Shown one piece after another: positions 1 through 12,875 of a stretch of DNA of 64,000 bases. The stretch lies in the NCBI GenBank assembly GCA_964252035.1, contig OZ176209.1; one strand, written 5' to 3'. The DNA comes from Podarcis erhardii. Taxonomy: Eukaryota. The position numbers and the translations under genes are program-made. Every line of letters begins with the position of its first letter. The stretch's first letter is position 1. The notes below the pieces were generated by a model that ran no database searches, was not told the origin of the DNA, and saw only the letters and a program-made list of their open reading frames with translations.

Positions 1-1029
1 CAACATTTCTGTTTGGTCAAGAGTCGTAATATTAATTGGTGAATAATGTTTGTATTGACATTTTGTTAAATAGTTCACCTGATTTGCCTTGAGAAACTAT
101 GGAGCCACCTTTTTCTTTTGCATCATCTTCTACTTCCTTGCTTTGAGACCAAAATGTCTGAAATTCCCATATAGTCTCTCTGCATGTGTGAGGATGAGTA
201 CAACTATTCTTAACTCTTCTGTCTGTATTTTAATACGATATTTCTTGAGGTTCGTAAAAGCCAGCTAGTTAGAACTCTAGAACTCCTTAGAAATTATGGA
301 TGCAAGTTACAGGTGTTCATTTGGTAACAAACGTTTACTGGTTGTTTTAGAAGTTCAGGGAACTAAATCACTGTAGAATGCAACTGGCTATACAAGTACT
401 GGTATTGCTTTTCTGAAGGTATAGGTATGGGGAGTAAGTGATCAAACAGTGCAGTAGTTCTTAACTTACTTTATTAGAGGAGAGGAGCTCTTCAGCCACA
501 TATCTGCGCATTGTGGTTAGTGATGGTAGCCAGTTTTGTACATTGAACTTGTTAGCACTACTTCATATACTTCAGGGGGGAAATGGCTGATATTATTTGA
601 TGCATAACAAGTTGTTTTCATTTTCTTGTCTTTTAGTTTGAATACTGGTTGGTTTAGCATAATTCAGAAAGCTGTTTTAAGCATTTGGTGCTGAGCAATG
701 TTTTTTCTTGAATCCACTCTCCTTAAGAGTACTGTAGTAAGTTTAGGAACTGGATTTCAAATGAAGCAGCATTAATTACACCATTTATTGGGATATTGCA
801 CTTACCTGAAAATCAACAGGTTCCATTGTACTGGTAAGCAGAATTAGAAGCTCTGGCCAAAAAGCAAATACTACATAGGTAATGCAGTATATACTCATTT
901 CTGCATACTATGCTACAGAGTGGGATTTAGATTGTCAGGTCATTCTCTTAGACAGAACGAAGCTATGTAGTTAAATCTTAAAGCCTGCAACCCTATGCAC
1001 ACTGTAAGAGTAGTTTTAATTTTTGAGTG

Positions 1030-1180
1030 GACATGCCTGTGCTTAAAAGTCAGTGCAATCTTGCACATATTTACTCAGAAGTAAGTCCTATTTTGAGATT
1101 CCTAACCATGTCTACTCAGAAGTCTTATTGAACTAAATGGAGTTTACTCCCAGATTACAGGGGTTAGGATTACAGTGAAT
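1030..1180. repeat. Two adjacent copies of a short dispersed repeat (TACTCAGAAGT core)
   Basis: TACTCAGAAGT occurs twice (~1072 and ~1113); degenerate relatives near 4000, 34790 and 44200. Confidence 0.45.
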
Positions 1181-4100
1181 ATGCTCAAGATTGCATCCTT
1201 TATGTAGTTGTGTTCAGTGAATGATTCCTTTGCCTATGAGAATTGCATTACTCTTAATATCCAGTAAGCATATTTTAGTTGTTTTGTTCTTTTATAATAT
1301 TGGTAAGCTATCACATATCTTCCTACCTTATTTGAGAAGTATACTAGACAAATCTTAGTGTCTTGTAATGGTTACTTGGTTTGTTTACTAGGCTTGTTAC
1401 CTCCTTTAAAAAGGTAATTATTGACTAGTAATAAATGATCTATAATGCCTATTTTGATTGAATCCTCAGTGAAATACTAGTCAACTGGAGATGTTAAGTG
1501 TAACGTTAATTTAGCCGTGTTTGAAGAAATGCTAAGTATATTCAGCATACTGCAACCAGGGCTAGTCAAATTTAATCTCCAGAAGTACTTTATCTAGAGG
1601 TTAGATTGTACAGATACATTACTTCATATTTAGAATGTGGAAATATGATAGTTACTCTTACTTTATGCGTTCAGAATATGGACATGCAGAGAAGTAATTT
1701 AAAATATACTAACATGTGGTATGGTAGTAAACCTCATTTTGGAAACAAACTAGTCGTCTTCCCCCCTATAATGCTGCGTCACAGTGCTGCATCTTTTTCT
1801 AGCTAATAGAAGCCCTAGCTGTCTTATTTCTGTGTTCTTGTTCTGATGCCTTAAAACATATTTAATACAAGTTTAAAAGCATATATAGTTGTAGAATACT
1901 TCATATTAATGCTGAAATCATTAGAGTATATGGAGATATTAATGTTGGAGAAAAAAGACTGTTGATAAATAGAAACATTTCTAGATATGTCATTGCCATA
2001 AGAATAAAGTTGGCAATTTGTGCAGCTTTTCTGTCTGTATGCTGAAAAGCAGTAGTATTGCTTAGAATTCCCACATTACCTGTCTTGACTGCTATCAGAA
2101 CTCCGGAATACGGTGCTTCCCCCTTTCCTCAAACAAATGAGTTTTGCTATAGTATTATTAATAGCTTTCATATTGAGTGGAAGGAGATGTCTTTTCATTA
2201 TTTGATTATAACAAAGTTGTGTGGTCCTGTATGAGCTCAGCTGAAAACACAGGTTAGAACACAACACAAGCATGTGCTGCATTGAGAGAGAACACAACTA
2301 CTGTATGCCATATCCATAAAGTAGTGCATTGTGTTATGAACGCTTTTATTAAACCTACAGTATATGTTTTAATTTAGTTGTGTTTTGTGAAATGAAATAC
2401 ACATTTGAGAATTTTAGTTAGTGTAAACCTATAAGGTTGCATTTCAGTTGTCTTTCTGAAGGTTAGGTATGTAAAGAACTCTTGAGTAAAAATTGGAATA
2501 TCATCCAGATACATACAGTGCTGATGTTGGGAAATGAGGCAGAAAGTAGGTAACGGACCTGCATTTTAAACCTGCTTCTTCTGTTTGGTATGTGACTGAT
2601 TTTACAGACTATCATTTTACAGAAACAATTTGTTTCTGTCATCTTGGCTACTTTGCAGCAACAGGCAAAACTAAATGTGTGCAGTGTACATTCAGAATAG
2701 CTATGCAGGTACACAGCTATTCAGATTCTATGTCAGGACCCAAATAGGTGCTTTAGGCATACTCAAGGGCTTCATGGGATTTTTTTACTGCACCTATGTG
2801 CTTTTGAACTGTCCCTCAGTTTCAAATCGATTTTGGAATGGAGTAGGATCTCCTGTTTGAAAAACACAGAAACCCCTTACCTTTGAGATGTATTAATTCC
2901 AGTATCGTAAATCCTTGCCATTAATCTCATTAGCCTTACTTTTCTGTTTGTGCATTAAACTTCTTGTTGTATGCTTATTTCTCTGTCTGTAGGTACTAAT
3001 TAGAATTATTCTGATCTTCAAAATGTATAGCATTATACTCAATCATGTTCAAAGTTGTGTTTTTCTTCTGACAAATAAGCATACTTTCAAATGACTGAAG
3101 TATGATTTGTATTTCATACTTAATTTGGTGTATGTGTGCCTAATTTAGAACAAATCACTTCAATCATGCTTTGATATCAGTTTGTTTCAGAGGTTATTGG
3201 AAACAGTATATCCCAGCTGCAAAATCCCATAAGAATGAGCTGGAAAAGGTAGAACAAAATGGGAAAGTTTAGATGACTGCAAAGTATAAGTTATTTAGTA
3301 TATGTTTTAGCTTTCTCTGTGAAAGATGGGACTAGAAAGCTACTGTAAACTAATAGTTACTATTGTACCACTGGCAACACACACACACAAATAATGGGCT
3401 GTAGTGCATTTACCAACCTTGTGACTAAGGAATAGTTGTTCATCTTTTTCTTTCTCACTCCTTTGGCACCAATGCTGGTAGTTCCCTTCATGTTAGGAGA
3501 GTTAAGACTGCAGGTAAAGTGGATAGTGGAGGAGACCAATCTCTGTACTCCTCTTTACTTCTCCTGTCGCTTTCACCACATAGCAGGAATACCTTGCCAT
3601 TGTCCTTGGGATCAGGAGCACTGGGGAGAGGTGGTAGAGGGTTCTTGTCTTTTTTCATAGCAAGCAGTTGAGCCTAGAGACCATTTCCCCAGTGGTGAAT
3701 ACCTTTGACCTGGGAGCCCAGCAGAAATGGTGGTAAAAAGCCATGGAGCTTTAGTTTCGGACTACAGACATTTGGCCATTGGAAATAGAGCAAGTAGTTC
3801 TGGCAGAATTATAATATTTTTATAAGCAATTTAATGTCCAATGTTCCTTACTGTTTTCTAATGTAGGGAGTTGAAAAATGTAAGCTAGTTTTATAGAGTG
3901 TAGCTCTTGATGTCCTTATTTCAGTGTGCATGCATGTATCACTGGATTTTAGCAATTGTAAGGTAACTATTAAACAATACAGAAGAATACTAAGTTGCAA
4001 TCCCTGAAAACTCACATATCGAAGTAAGTGCCAGTGAAATCAGTGGTGCCTTAATGCCAAGTAAATATGATTAAAATAGTGCTTCACAACACTATTAAAT

Positions 4101-4967
4101 TGTGGCACTGTAAATAGTGTATCTACTTCCAAATGGTGGAGTCCCAGTGTGTTTCAAACACTTAAGACTGCTTTTTAAAGCTTTTTACATCATTAGTATC
4201 ATCAGTACTATCATGTCATCCAAACAAAAGCTAAACAGTTTGCAGATGGGTGCAGACTAATTGTTAACAAGTCACTAGAAATAATGTTTGACAGACTTTC
4301 CTAAACCAATCTCATTTATCACTGATCAATACTAATGCAAAAGTTTATACTAGACCCTGTAGAAAACATATATTTCTAAGTATGTTGTAGGAATTGGAAG
4401 CATTCAATACTCTAGGTGTATAAAATCAAACTAGTAGCTGCATAAATAATCAGAGCGATATGCATTGTAGGTGAAGCATCCCTCCAAATAAAATAAAACA
4501 CTGAGTTTTGGATCACAATGACAATTCATCTGTAGTATGTGGATGATTGAAGAACAAGCTTCTACTTACTAAGTTATATTTAGTGTTAAAGCATTTGTTT
4601 TGCAAGGGGGCAGCAAAATTTACTTAGTTGTGGCACCTGAAAGACTAAAGTTGCAATAGACGCTCAGCACTACATCAGGTGCTGCTGGGCATTGTGATAA
4701 ATGTTTAAATGGCTCAAACCACCAGGTAAGCATGTTAGGCAGCCCACCAGAGCTGGTCCTGCTGTAATCCTGAACACATTTGACTGTAAGACATATAATT
4801 GCACAATAAAACCTGTTGTCCCTTAGGCTTTTATATATCGGAGCCCACTTTATGAAATGCATGGTATTATCCTTAGTTGTCAGATATGTAGTTGCCCTAG
4901 AGATGTAAGAGTAGGATCAGGAGTCTTATCAAATTTCCATGCTGAGTTGAATGTATATGCAAGAAGC

Positions 4968-5355
4968 GACCTGGGAGAAGAGAAGATGGAGGAAGACTGG
5001 GAGAAATTCAAGAAGTATCTACAAAAACATTGTAATTTGGTTGAATGCTAAGAAGGATGCTAGATTATAAAAAACTGGCCACCACTAAATTAGATTTGAA
5101 ATTTGATGATAAGTGAGACTAAAGAAAATATAAAATTTTTTGGAAGAAGTGCTAGATTATATTTGAATGAGTGGACATGAGATTGTAAATAAGTTGATAA
5201 TTTGTTTGGAAAAAACTTTTAACGATGTAAATGGGAGCGGGAGACGTGAGGGAGCCCAAAGAAGTGATGAAATTATGTCTGTGATAGAAGTAAGACTGTT
5301 TATTATTTGTGCATTTATATTTAAAAACTTTAATAAATATTTATATAAAAAAAAA
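4968..5355 (+). mobile_element. 5'-truncated L1-type LINE (ORF2 C-terminus, 3'UTR, poly-A) with a 20-bp TSD
   Basis: TSD TGAATGTATATGCAAGAAGC at 4948-4967 and 5356-5375; AATAAA at 5332-37 and an A9 tail; 'EDWEKFKKYL' resembles an L1 ORF2 end (family call by recollection). Confidence 0.8.
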
Positions 5356-6399
5356 TGAATGTATATGCAAGAAGCTTGCTGATAAGTTAACAGTTTCCTG
5401 ATTAGCCCTTCATTAGGAGCTTAGCAGTCAATTCATAGTTGATGTAAAAAAGAAGTTTTTTGGGGGGGAATCTAGAAAATACAAGTAACCTCTCATTGCT
5501 CTATGATTGGGGAACTTAAAAAAAAAACTTGAGAGAGAAGCAATAGGCTTCTGCTTTGTTTTGGTGTAACTTCAGAGGAACATACTGAAAAATCATGTCA
5601 TTTGCATAGGAGATGCTCGAATTTGGTTTGTGTTCATAGATCCTAAATCACCAAAGGCAAAACAGAACTTTCTGAGGTTTTGCTGTTGAACATCCATATC
5701 TTTCTCCCCTTAAAGAATAATGTGCAGGACTTTGCTTGAACTCATCCCAAGAACATGAGAAGTTATGGGTCATTTGTACTAGTTTCAGTTCACCAGGTAA
5801 TCATAAGCAGTCTTGTACAGCCTTTGAATAAGCCCCTTATAAAAGTAGTTTCCAGGCTATTTTCTCTTAAGGTAGCAGCAGCTACTGCAGGCAACTAGTT
5901 AGGGTTTGGTTCATAGCTTTCTCTTGAGTCTCAGCCTCTTGCAAAGGGCAGTGTCTTTGGAAGGAGCCGTTATCTCCTGTTGATAAAGACTTGCATGCAT
6001 GGACTGTCTGCAGACTAGTCACTTTCTTAATTTACTGGGACTTGATTTGCAAAAAAGGTATTGACTGCAGAGCTCTCTGCACAACAAAGCAGGAGTCATC
6101 TGGTATAAAGTACTAGCTCTAACTTAGTTTGGTTAGCACTGAATTGAACATATCCAGTAGATTTAACTTTTAAAGGAATAAACTCATGCTGAGAAGTGTA
6201 ATGAAAATTTTTGGTTCTGACTTGGCATCTAATCACTTGGAGGCAGATCCTAGTCACCACCAGTGGCAGTAACTCACTTTCTGATAACTGGTGTTCACTT
6301 GGGGCACATTTAGTGTCTCACATGAATCTGCCCTTTTCTGAGCTTCCCTGCTTTCTGAAATGAGGTTGGTGGTGATTAGGGAAAGGGGCATGTTTTATA

Positions 6400-6579
6400 T
6401 GTGCGCTACCATGTATATGCGCATCGCAGAATCCAGAAATGACCCGGAAATGTCATAAAGATGTCATTAAAAGGGTGAGGTGGAACGGGTTGTTTGCAGG
6501 CTTTGTCAGTAGGTTTCAGTTATACGCAATGTGTGCAGTGCCTCAGAATATAACCCCCGCGTAAACAGTGGACTGCCTG
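6400..6579. mobile_element. Truncated Tc1/pogo(Tigger)-like MITE end
   Basis: Ends ...GCGTAAACAGTGGACTGCCTG followed by TA; left boundary approximate and no left TIR found. Confidence 0.4.
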
Positions 6580-6649
6580 TAAAGCAGTCAAAGTTGCAGG
6601 ATGGTTAATGAAACAGGAAAGTGACCCATAGTTATTAGTTGCACCAACA

Positions 6650-7135
6650 CTTCGAATTGTGCTCGGAAACATACTAAGAGCCAATGTAGGCCTTTCAAGA
6701 CTGGTGTTATGCGGTCTAGGTGGCCGCTCCCAGTCACCAGTCTAGCTGCCGCATTCTGGATTAGTTGTAGTTTCCGGGTCACCTTCAGAGGTAGCCCTAC
6801 ATAGAGCGCATTGCAGTAGTCCAAGTGAGAGATAACCAGAGCACGCACCACTCTGGCGAGACAGCCTATGGGCAGATAGGGTCTCAGCCTGCGTACCAGA
6901 TGGAGCTGGTAAACAGCTGTCCTGGACACAGAAATGACCTGCTCCATGGACAGCTGTGAGTCCAAAATGACTCCCAGGCTGTGCACCTGGTCCTTCAGGG
7001 GCACAGTTACCCTATTCAGGACCAGGGAGTCCTCCACACCTGCCTGCCTCCTGTCCCCCAAAAACAGTACTTCTGTCTTGTCAGGATTCAGCCTCAATCT
7101 GTTAGCTGCCATCCATCCTCCAACCGCCTCCAGAC
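6650..7135 (-). mobile_element. L2-clade LINE fragment (RT C-terminal region)
   Basis: ORF 6588..7112: WMAANRLRLNPDKTEVL, SLGVILDSQL, SHLDYCNALYVGLPLK, LQLIQNAAARL and LHWL are typical L2/CR1-group ORF2 motifs. Confidence 0.85.
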
Positions 7136-7956
7136 AAATACACGATTACAAAAGAAAGAATTATTGCATCCCCAAATGCTTGTGTGGCTAGATGTAGATT
7201 CTGGGTCTGAAAAGATGGATGACTACTACCTAGTCAACGTATGCTGCAATAGATTTTGTTTCGGTTATTTAGGAACTTTCTGCTATCTTACTTTTACTTT
7301 TCTGAAAACCAGCAGTCCTAAAGATTAACTTTTGTCTGTTAAAAAATAGGCTGAATAAAAACAGCCTGAAAGGAAACTTTGGTCCACATTTTGAATTGCT
7401 TCTGCGCTTTAACCAGTTTGCCCCATACCATATTTTCTATCAAAAAGGTGACATTTCTTGGAAGAGATGTGTTGGATGGGTTCAGAGGTGGGAAATATTT
7501 CCTGAGAGCACTTCAACTTCTTGTTTGTCTAGCTTCTGTGATTTTTCTTTCATATGATTGTGTCCAAAATAGACCTTGGAAGTACTGTGAAACTGCTAAA
7601 TACTGTATTTGAAAAGAAATGCAGAATTTTAATCCTTCTGCTTTGCTTGGAAACAGTTAGACTACAGAAATCTAAACTGAATATATTTTACTTTGTCATG
7701 CAACATAGCACAGGAATGGCTAGAATTTTGAAATGAGACTCTTTTTGTTGTTTAAGTTTATTTTATTGAAATATAGAATGCTGGAAACAATAGCAAAACT
7801 GCAAAAAGTTTATTTTCATGTGATCCTGTGTGTTGTATTGCATTGTAACTAATCAGACTTCATTCTGAAAATTAAGCTCCATTGACAACCATAGGACTTC
7901 CAAGTAAATATAATTAGGATTGGATTATTCTATCCTCAGTTGTGTAAGCAACAACT

Positions 7957-8060
7957 AAATATTCTAATAACAAATCTGATATTCTAAATATTCTAAATCT
8001 GATATTCTAAATATTCTAAATCTGATATTCTAAATCTGATATTCTAAATAACAAATCTGA
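7957..8060. repeat. AT-rich tandem duplication array (AAATATTCT / AAATCTGATATTCT units)
   Basis: Direct reading of the sequence. Confidence 0.8.
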
Positions 8061-8153
8061 ATGATGTGCCAAATATATTTGCAATTTGTCCATTCCCTTA
8101 TTCCAAGTTCAACCTGCACTCAGATACCTGAGGTGAATATTTCTTGGGAAATA

Positions 8154-8355
8154 CAGTCGTACCTTGGTTTTCGAACAACTTAGTTCTTGAATGTTTTGGC
8201 TCCTGAATGCAAACTCTTCTGTTTGTGAACTCTTTTTGGAAGCCAAATGTTCGACGCGGCTTCCGATTGGCTGCAGGAGCTTCCTGCAGCCAATCAGAAG
8301 CCTCGCTTTGGTTTCCAAATGTTTTGGAAGTTGAACGGACTTCTGGAACAGAACT
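8154..8355. mobile_element. Tigger-like MITE, right end degraded, with an internal palindrome
   Basis: TA|CAGTCGTACCTTGG left end; internal inverted repeat GCTTCCGATTGGCTGCAGGA / TCCTGCAGCCAATCAGAAGC (19/20). Confidence 0.6.
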
Positions 8356-11094
8356 TTTTAAATTGGCATTAAAACAGCCTGATTTATTCAGTGGTGGCTA
8401 TCTGGTCTTTTATATATTTTATGTGTTTGGGTTATCAGTGTATTTGGATGACTTTAAACAATAAAATAATACAAATCATATATACTTATGCCAATAAAGG
8501 CCAAGAGCAACAAATAACAGCTAAATTTAGTGTTTAAAGTTAGTTGTTTAAGTTTTAGCTGATACTGAACTGAAGCCGGATGGAAATAGGGCTGTAGTTT
8601 ATTTCCAGTATGATGGTTTTTAGTATCGGGAAGCTCATGCTTTCCACCATTTCATGAATGAAAGAAACATCCTAACCAATATGAGAGTGTTTTCTTCAAG
8701 TGTGTGTGTGAAGAACCAAAGAAAGCTATTCATGTACATCAAGGATGGGGAACTGGATCCAGATGAATCTTTATCTCCTCTGCCCCTGTGGGTCAAGTTT
8801 GCTAGATGGGTGGGATCACCCATCCTTCAGTCACCTGACATCAGTGTTAGGTGACTTGCTTTTGCTATAGTTTGAAATTGAATCTAATGGATGTGGGTGC
8901 AGTGCTTTGTGTCAGTGATCAGCTAATCATCTGATGGCTTTGATCACTGGTGCTTGCAAAGTGCTCTGCATGGGGGTTTGCAGGCACTGCTGATAGGCAC
9001 TGCCTGCACCCCCCTTCCACCACAGCTTGACCTTTACCTGTTCCAAACTTGAGTTCATATACAGCAACTGTGGCTTGACTGAAATGGTCTTGCTAGCCTG
9101 GGAGGCTTAACTTTGCCTTGGGTCTGTGGTTCCTCACCACAAGTGTACATTAAAGTAAAGAATGTTGACAACATCATTCATTGTGATTTAAAATTGCATT
9201 AATATTTTTGTGAAGAAGCAGCACACCTCAGCAGGTTCTGATTATTTGAACCTCCATTAAAAAACAACAACAAAAACCCCAAACCCTCGCTGTTCTTACC
9301 TAGAACTAACATGTCCCTAAAAGAGGAAACCATAGCACTGGGAACTAAATCGTTTTCAAAATAACTGTTGGCATATAATGGCAACCCTGTAAACTGCTGT
9401 CCTTAGTGTAGTTCAGTACTCATCTGGCCTGACAGAAACACACATTCTCCATTCTATTAGAGTGCATGTTTGATATGATCAGTTTAAGGTTAGTTCAACC
9501 TAAAAATTCCCAGAGTTTTAAAATCAGTTGTAAGAGGGGGGAAAACCAAATCAGGTGAACCAAACATTCATATTGTAGTTTCAGAACACCTGGCAAGTAA
9601 ATGATAGGTTAAGAATATCATAGGACTCCTGGTTAATTGAATACTAATGAAAGTGTTAAATCTCTAGAAAAAGGTATAACTGTTCCTTATTTTCTAATCC
9701 ACATTTTATGGATTTTTTTGTTTTTGTTTCTATAGTTCTAAACATGCTGAAAATGTACACTTTCCACTCAGAATGCTATGAGAAGGGCAGCCTCTGTCTA
9801 TTGTAGTAAGAGGTTTTAAAAAGCCCTCATTGCATTGTGTTTTATAATAGAAGTTCGTATTAGCCTTTCTCTTTCTTCACTTCCAAAATAAATCAATTGT
9901 ACTTTAGAGTGAGACATACCTTAGAATGCTGCCTTTAAAAAGTTGCATGGCATTGTTGGGTTGCTTGCCTTGCAGTTTCTTTGGGTGTGGCAGATATCAT
10001 TTGTGTTTTTCTTTATTTCTTCCTTGTTTGCTGAAGGATAGCATAATCCATGAGCTCCATAGTGAGATGTTGCTGCATGTGTGTATGCTGACTCCAAGGA
10101 CTAGAACCCTTCCGATGTTGTTGAATTACAACTTCCATCAGCCAAGAAAGCATGGCCAATGGCCCAGGATAATGAGAGCTGTAGTTTGGCAACATTTGGA
10201 GGGCCCAACATCTGAATGCCACTGGCATTTGCATACTGCTCATAGGGGTTAGCACTTTGTATGGAAAACTCCATCAAGCACGGTCATGTCAAAGCAGGCC
10301 ACTATGTGGCAAATACGAGCCGTTTGCATTCCTCACAGGTGTTCCTGCTGTCTATGAACTGCCCTCTCAAGAAAGACTTGCACATGGGAGCAGGGAATGT
10401 AGTTGAGAATGCTAAGCTAGCTTGGGCCTGGTTTGCAGATAATGCTAAGCCAAATTAACATAGTAAACAATAGCATAATCACAGGTGTCCCCACAGATGA
10501 TCGGGCAAACATTGGCTTGTTTCCCCCCTGCCTCCTTGCCTGCCTTGTGCTCTACCTGATATCCTGAGAAAATGTCTACTGGCATTGCCCAGCTGTGACA
10601 CCATGCTTCCTTCCATTGGCTGGCTGGAGTGGAAATCTTACTCCATTAAAATCCTTGGCAGTGTAGTTGATTACCCTTTTCCTTCCACTGCTTTGCTTTA
10701 TTCCCCTACTCACCAGTCACCCATAGTGTTGCTCTGTCACATAATTCCGTTGCTCCTACCTTGGTTAGGACAAATCCTGCCCTCCTTCCTCAAGGAATGA
10801 AATGTATCTGAGTGAAAAGACAAAGTTTAACATTTTTGCAAATACTCTTGGACTGGAGTTAGAGAAGAGGGACTAGTTTTCTTTCACAGGCAAGATTCCA
10901 TGAACTGGACACTTGTCCTCTGGAAGGAAGAATAGGACTTTGTATGTGTGTTGGTGGGTTTTGGTTCAAAAGGAAAAAATTGAGTTGCTGCTGCTGGCAT
11001 TACTTCACCTATCTCATCATTTCCAATGTAGCCTGAAGTGTCCCTCCTTCCCTTTTCCTGTTTAAAATTGGGACTTTCTGATATGCTTAGAATA

Positions 11095-11710
11095 CCGTAT
11101 TTTTCACCCCATAGGACGCACCGGCCCATAGGACGCACCGGCCCATAGGATGCACCAAGTTTTTTGGGGGGGAAATAAAGAAAAAAAATTATTTTCCCCC
11201 CAGGCGCTTGTGGGGCCGGCAGCGGGGAGAAGCGCTCTTCTCCCCGCCGCCTGCTTGCAGACCAGGTCTGGGGACAGCGGGAAGACGCGCTGCGCCTCCC
11301 AGCTGTCCCCGGAGCTTGCGGGGCAGGCAGGGGGGAGAAGCGCTCTTCTCCCCGCCACCCGCCTGCAGACCAGGTCTGCGGACAGCGGGAAGACGCACTG
11401 CGCCTCCCCGCTGTCCCCGGAGCTTGCGGGGCTGGCTGCGGGGAGAAGAGCGCTTCTCCCCGCCGTCAGCCTCCAAACCACATCGGGAGACAGCGGGATG
11501 GCGGCGTTCTGCCTCCCTGCTGTCCCCCGACCTTGTGGGGCTGGCGCTGCGGCTCTCCTGAAGCCTGGAGAGCAAGAGGGGTCGGTGCACACTGACCCCT
11601 CTCGCTCTCCAGGCTTCAGCGAAAGCCTGCATTCGCCCCATAGGACGCACACACATTTCCCCTTCATTTTTGGAGGGGGGAAAGTGCGTCCTATAGGGCG
11701 AAAAATACAG
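11095..11710. mobile_element. Tc1/pogo(Tigger)-type non-autonomous DNA transposon with ~3 internal 108-bp GC-rich repeats
   Basis: 27-bp TIRs (CCGTATTTTTCACCCCATAGGACGCAC vs revcomp CTGTATTTTTCGCCCTATAGGACGCAC) with TA on both sides. Confidence 0.85.
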
Positions 11711-11734
11711 TATATCCAAGCTGTAAGCCCCACT

Positions 11735-11900
11735 AAATTTATCTATTATTTATTAAATTTGTATACTGCCCTATATCCACAGGTCTCAGGGCGGTTCACA
11801 GGATAAAAACAGAATATAACACCACAAAATGCATAATCAAAACAACACAACCCAAGGGTAGTTTTCTATGGTAGTTTTCTTTCAAAATAATTTTAAAAGC
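11735..11900 (-). mobile_element. Probable L2 3'-end fragment
   Basis: TTTATTAAATTTGTATACTGCCC...CTCAGGGCGGTTCACA resembles the other L2 termini in the window (e.g. 32650-32790); boundaries approximate. Confidence 0.45.
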
Positions 11901-12875
11901 CCCACGCTCACTCGTGCAGGCATGACTTTAGAATGTTAGCAACAGGCTTTTAAGCTTTGTAAACAGTAGACAATGAATGAAGTGCAGAAAGCTGGTCGTA
12001 ATGAGAAATAAACACTGTTTAAAATTTTATCTCCACTCCACAACTCTTCTGTGAAGTCATGGTGGGTCAGAGCAGACAAATTTCTGTTAAGGAATGCAAT
12101 TTTATTAATAGTTGCCATAACTCAAGTTGCTTTAAGAAATCTGGAGGTGGAAGAATTGTTTGGGGGGAAAGGACCATATTACCAGGGAGATCTAGCAGTG
12201 ACATCATTTATACTCTTACTACTGTCTCTGTACCTTTATGTGGAACAAACAACCACACTTAAACCATAGTCAAAAAATTGTCCTCTAAACTAGAGATGCA
12301 GAACTGGATGTGGCTGGCAGGTTGGCTCCTCAATTCTCCCACTTCTCACGTGCCAGCTTTGACAGGTAAGTGGGACCAGTTACAGCAAACCCTTTTGAAG
12401 TCCCATTTGCTGGCAAAGTTTGCATTCATACTGCATCTACACATGGACATTTCTCCTCTGGAGACAGCAGGTGTGGTTTGAATCCAAGTCGTTCTGCAGA
12501 TCTCTTGGGGTTGTCAGTGAGCCCCATTTGCAAAGTAACAATTGGAGCCACATACTTTCCTTATACTGGACATAGCATATGATTTCAGTTGTGGGGCAGA
12601 TAGACATGGTTAGGAGGAAATGGCGTAGAATCTGGACACATTGGGCCTAATCGGCTCATGGGCCAGAGATTTCTCATCCTTGCTCTAAAACATAGTTAAT
12701 GTCAGGTGGCCAACCATGGCTTATTTTATTCGAGGAAGTGGGTCAAGTTCACACATAATACTAAACCATGAACTAATATGTGTGAACCAGGTCATTCTCT
12801 CACAGAAATATGGAATATCTTTTATAGTATATACTTTATTGAAATATCAAATTGCTGAAGAGTACAGTATGTTGA

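Noticed and set aside
6588-7112. 174-aa antisense ORF as a nested host gene
   Set aside because: It is a 5'-truncated L2 reverse-transcriptase C-terminal fragment.
11108-11156. CRISPR-like or iteron array (17 bp x3)
   Set aside because: No spacers; these are subterminal repeats of a eukaryotic transposon.
11104-11806. Overlapping 117-218 aa ORFs on both strands with internal repeats
   Set aside because: They arise from the GC-rich 108-bp (36-codon) repeats inside a TA-flanked MITE; there are no transposase motifs.
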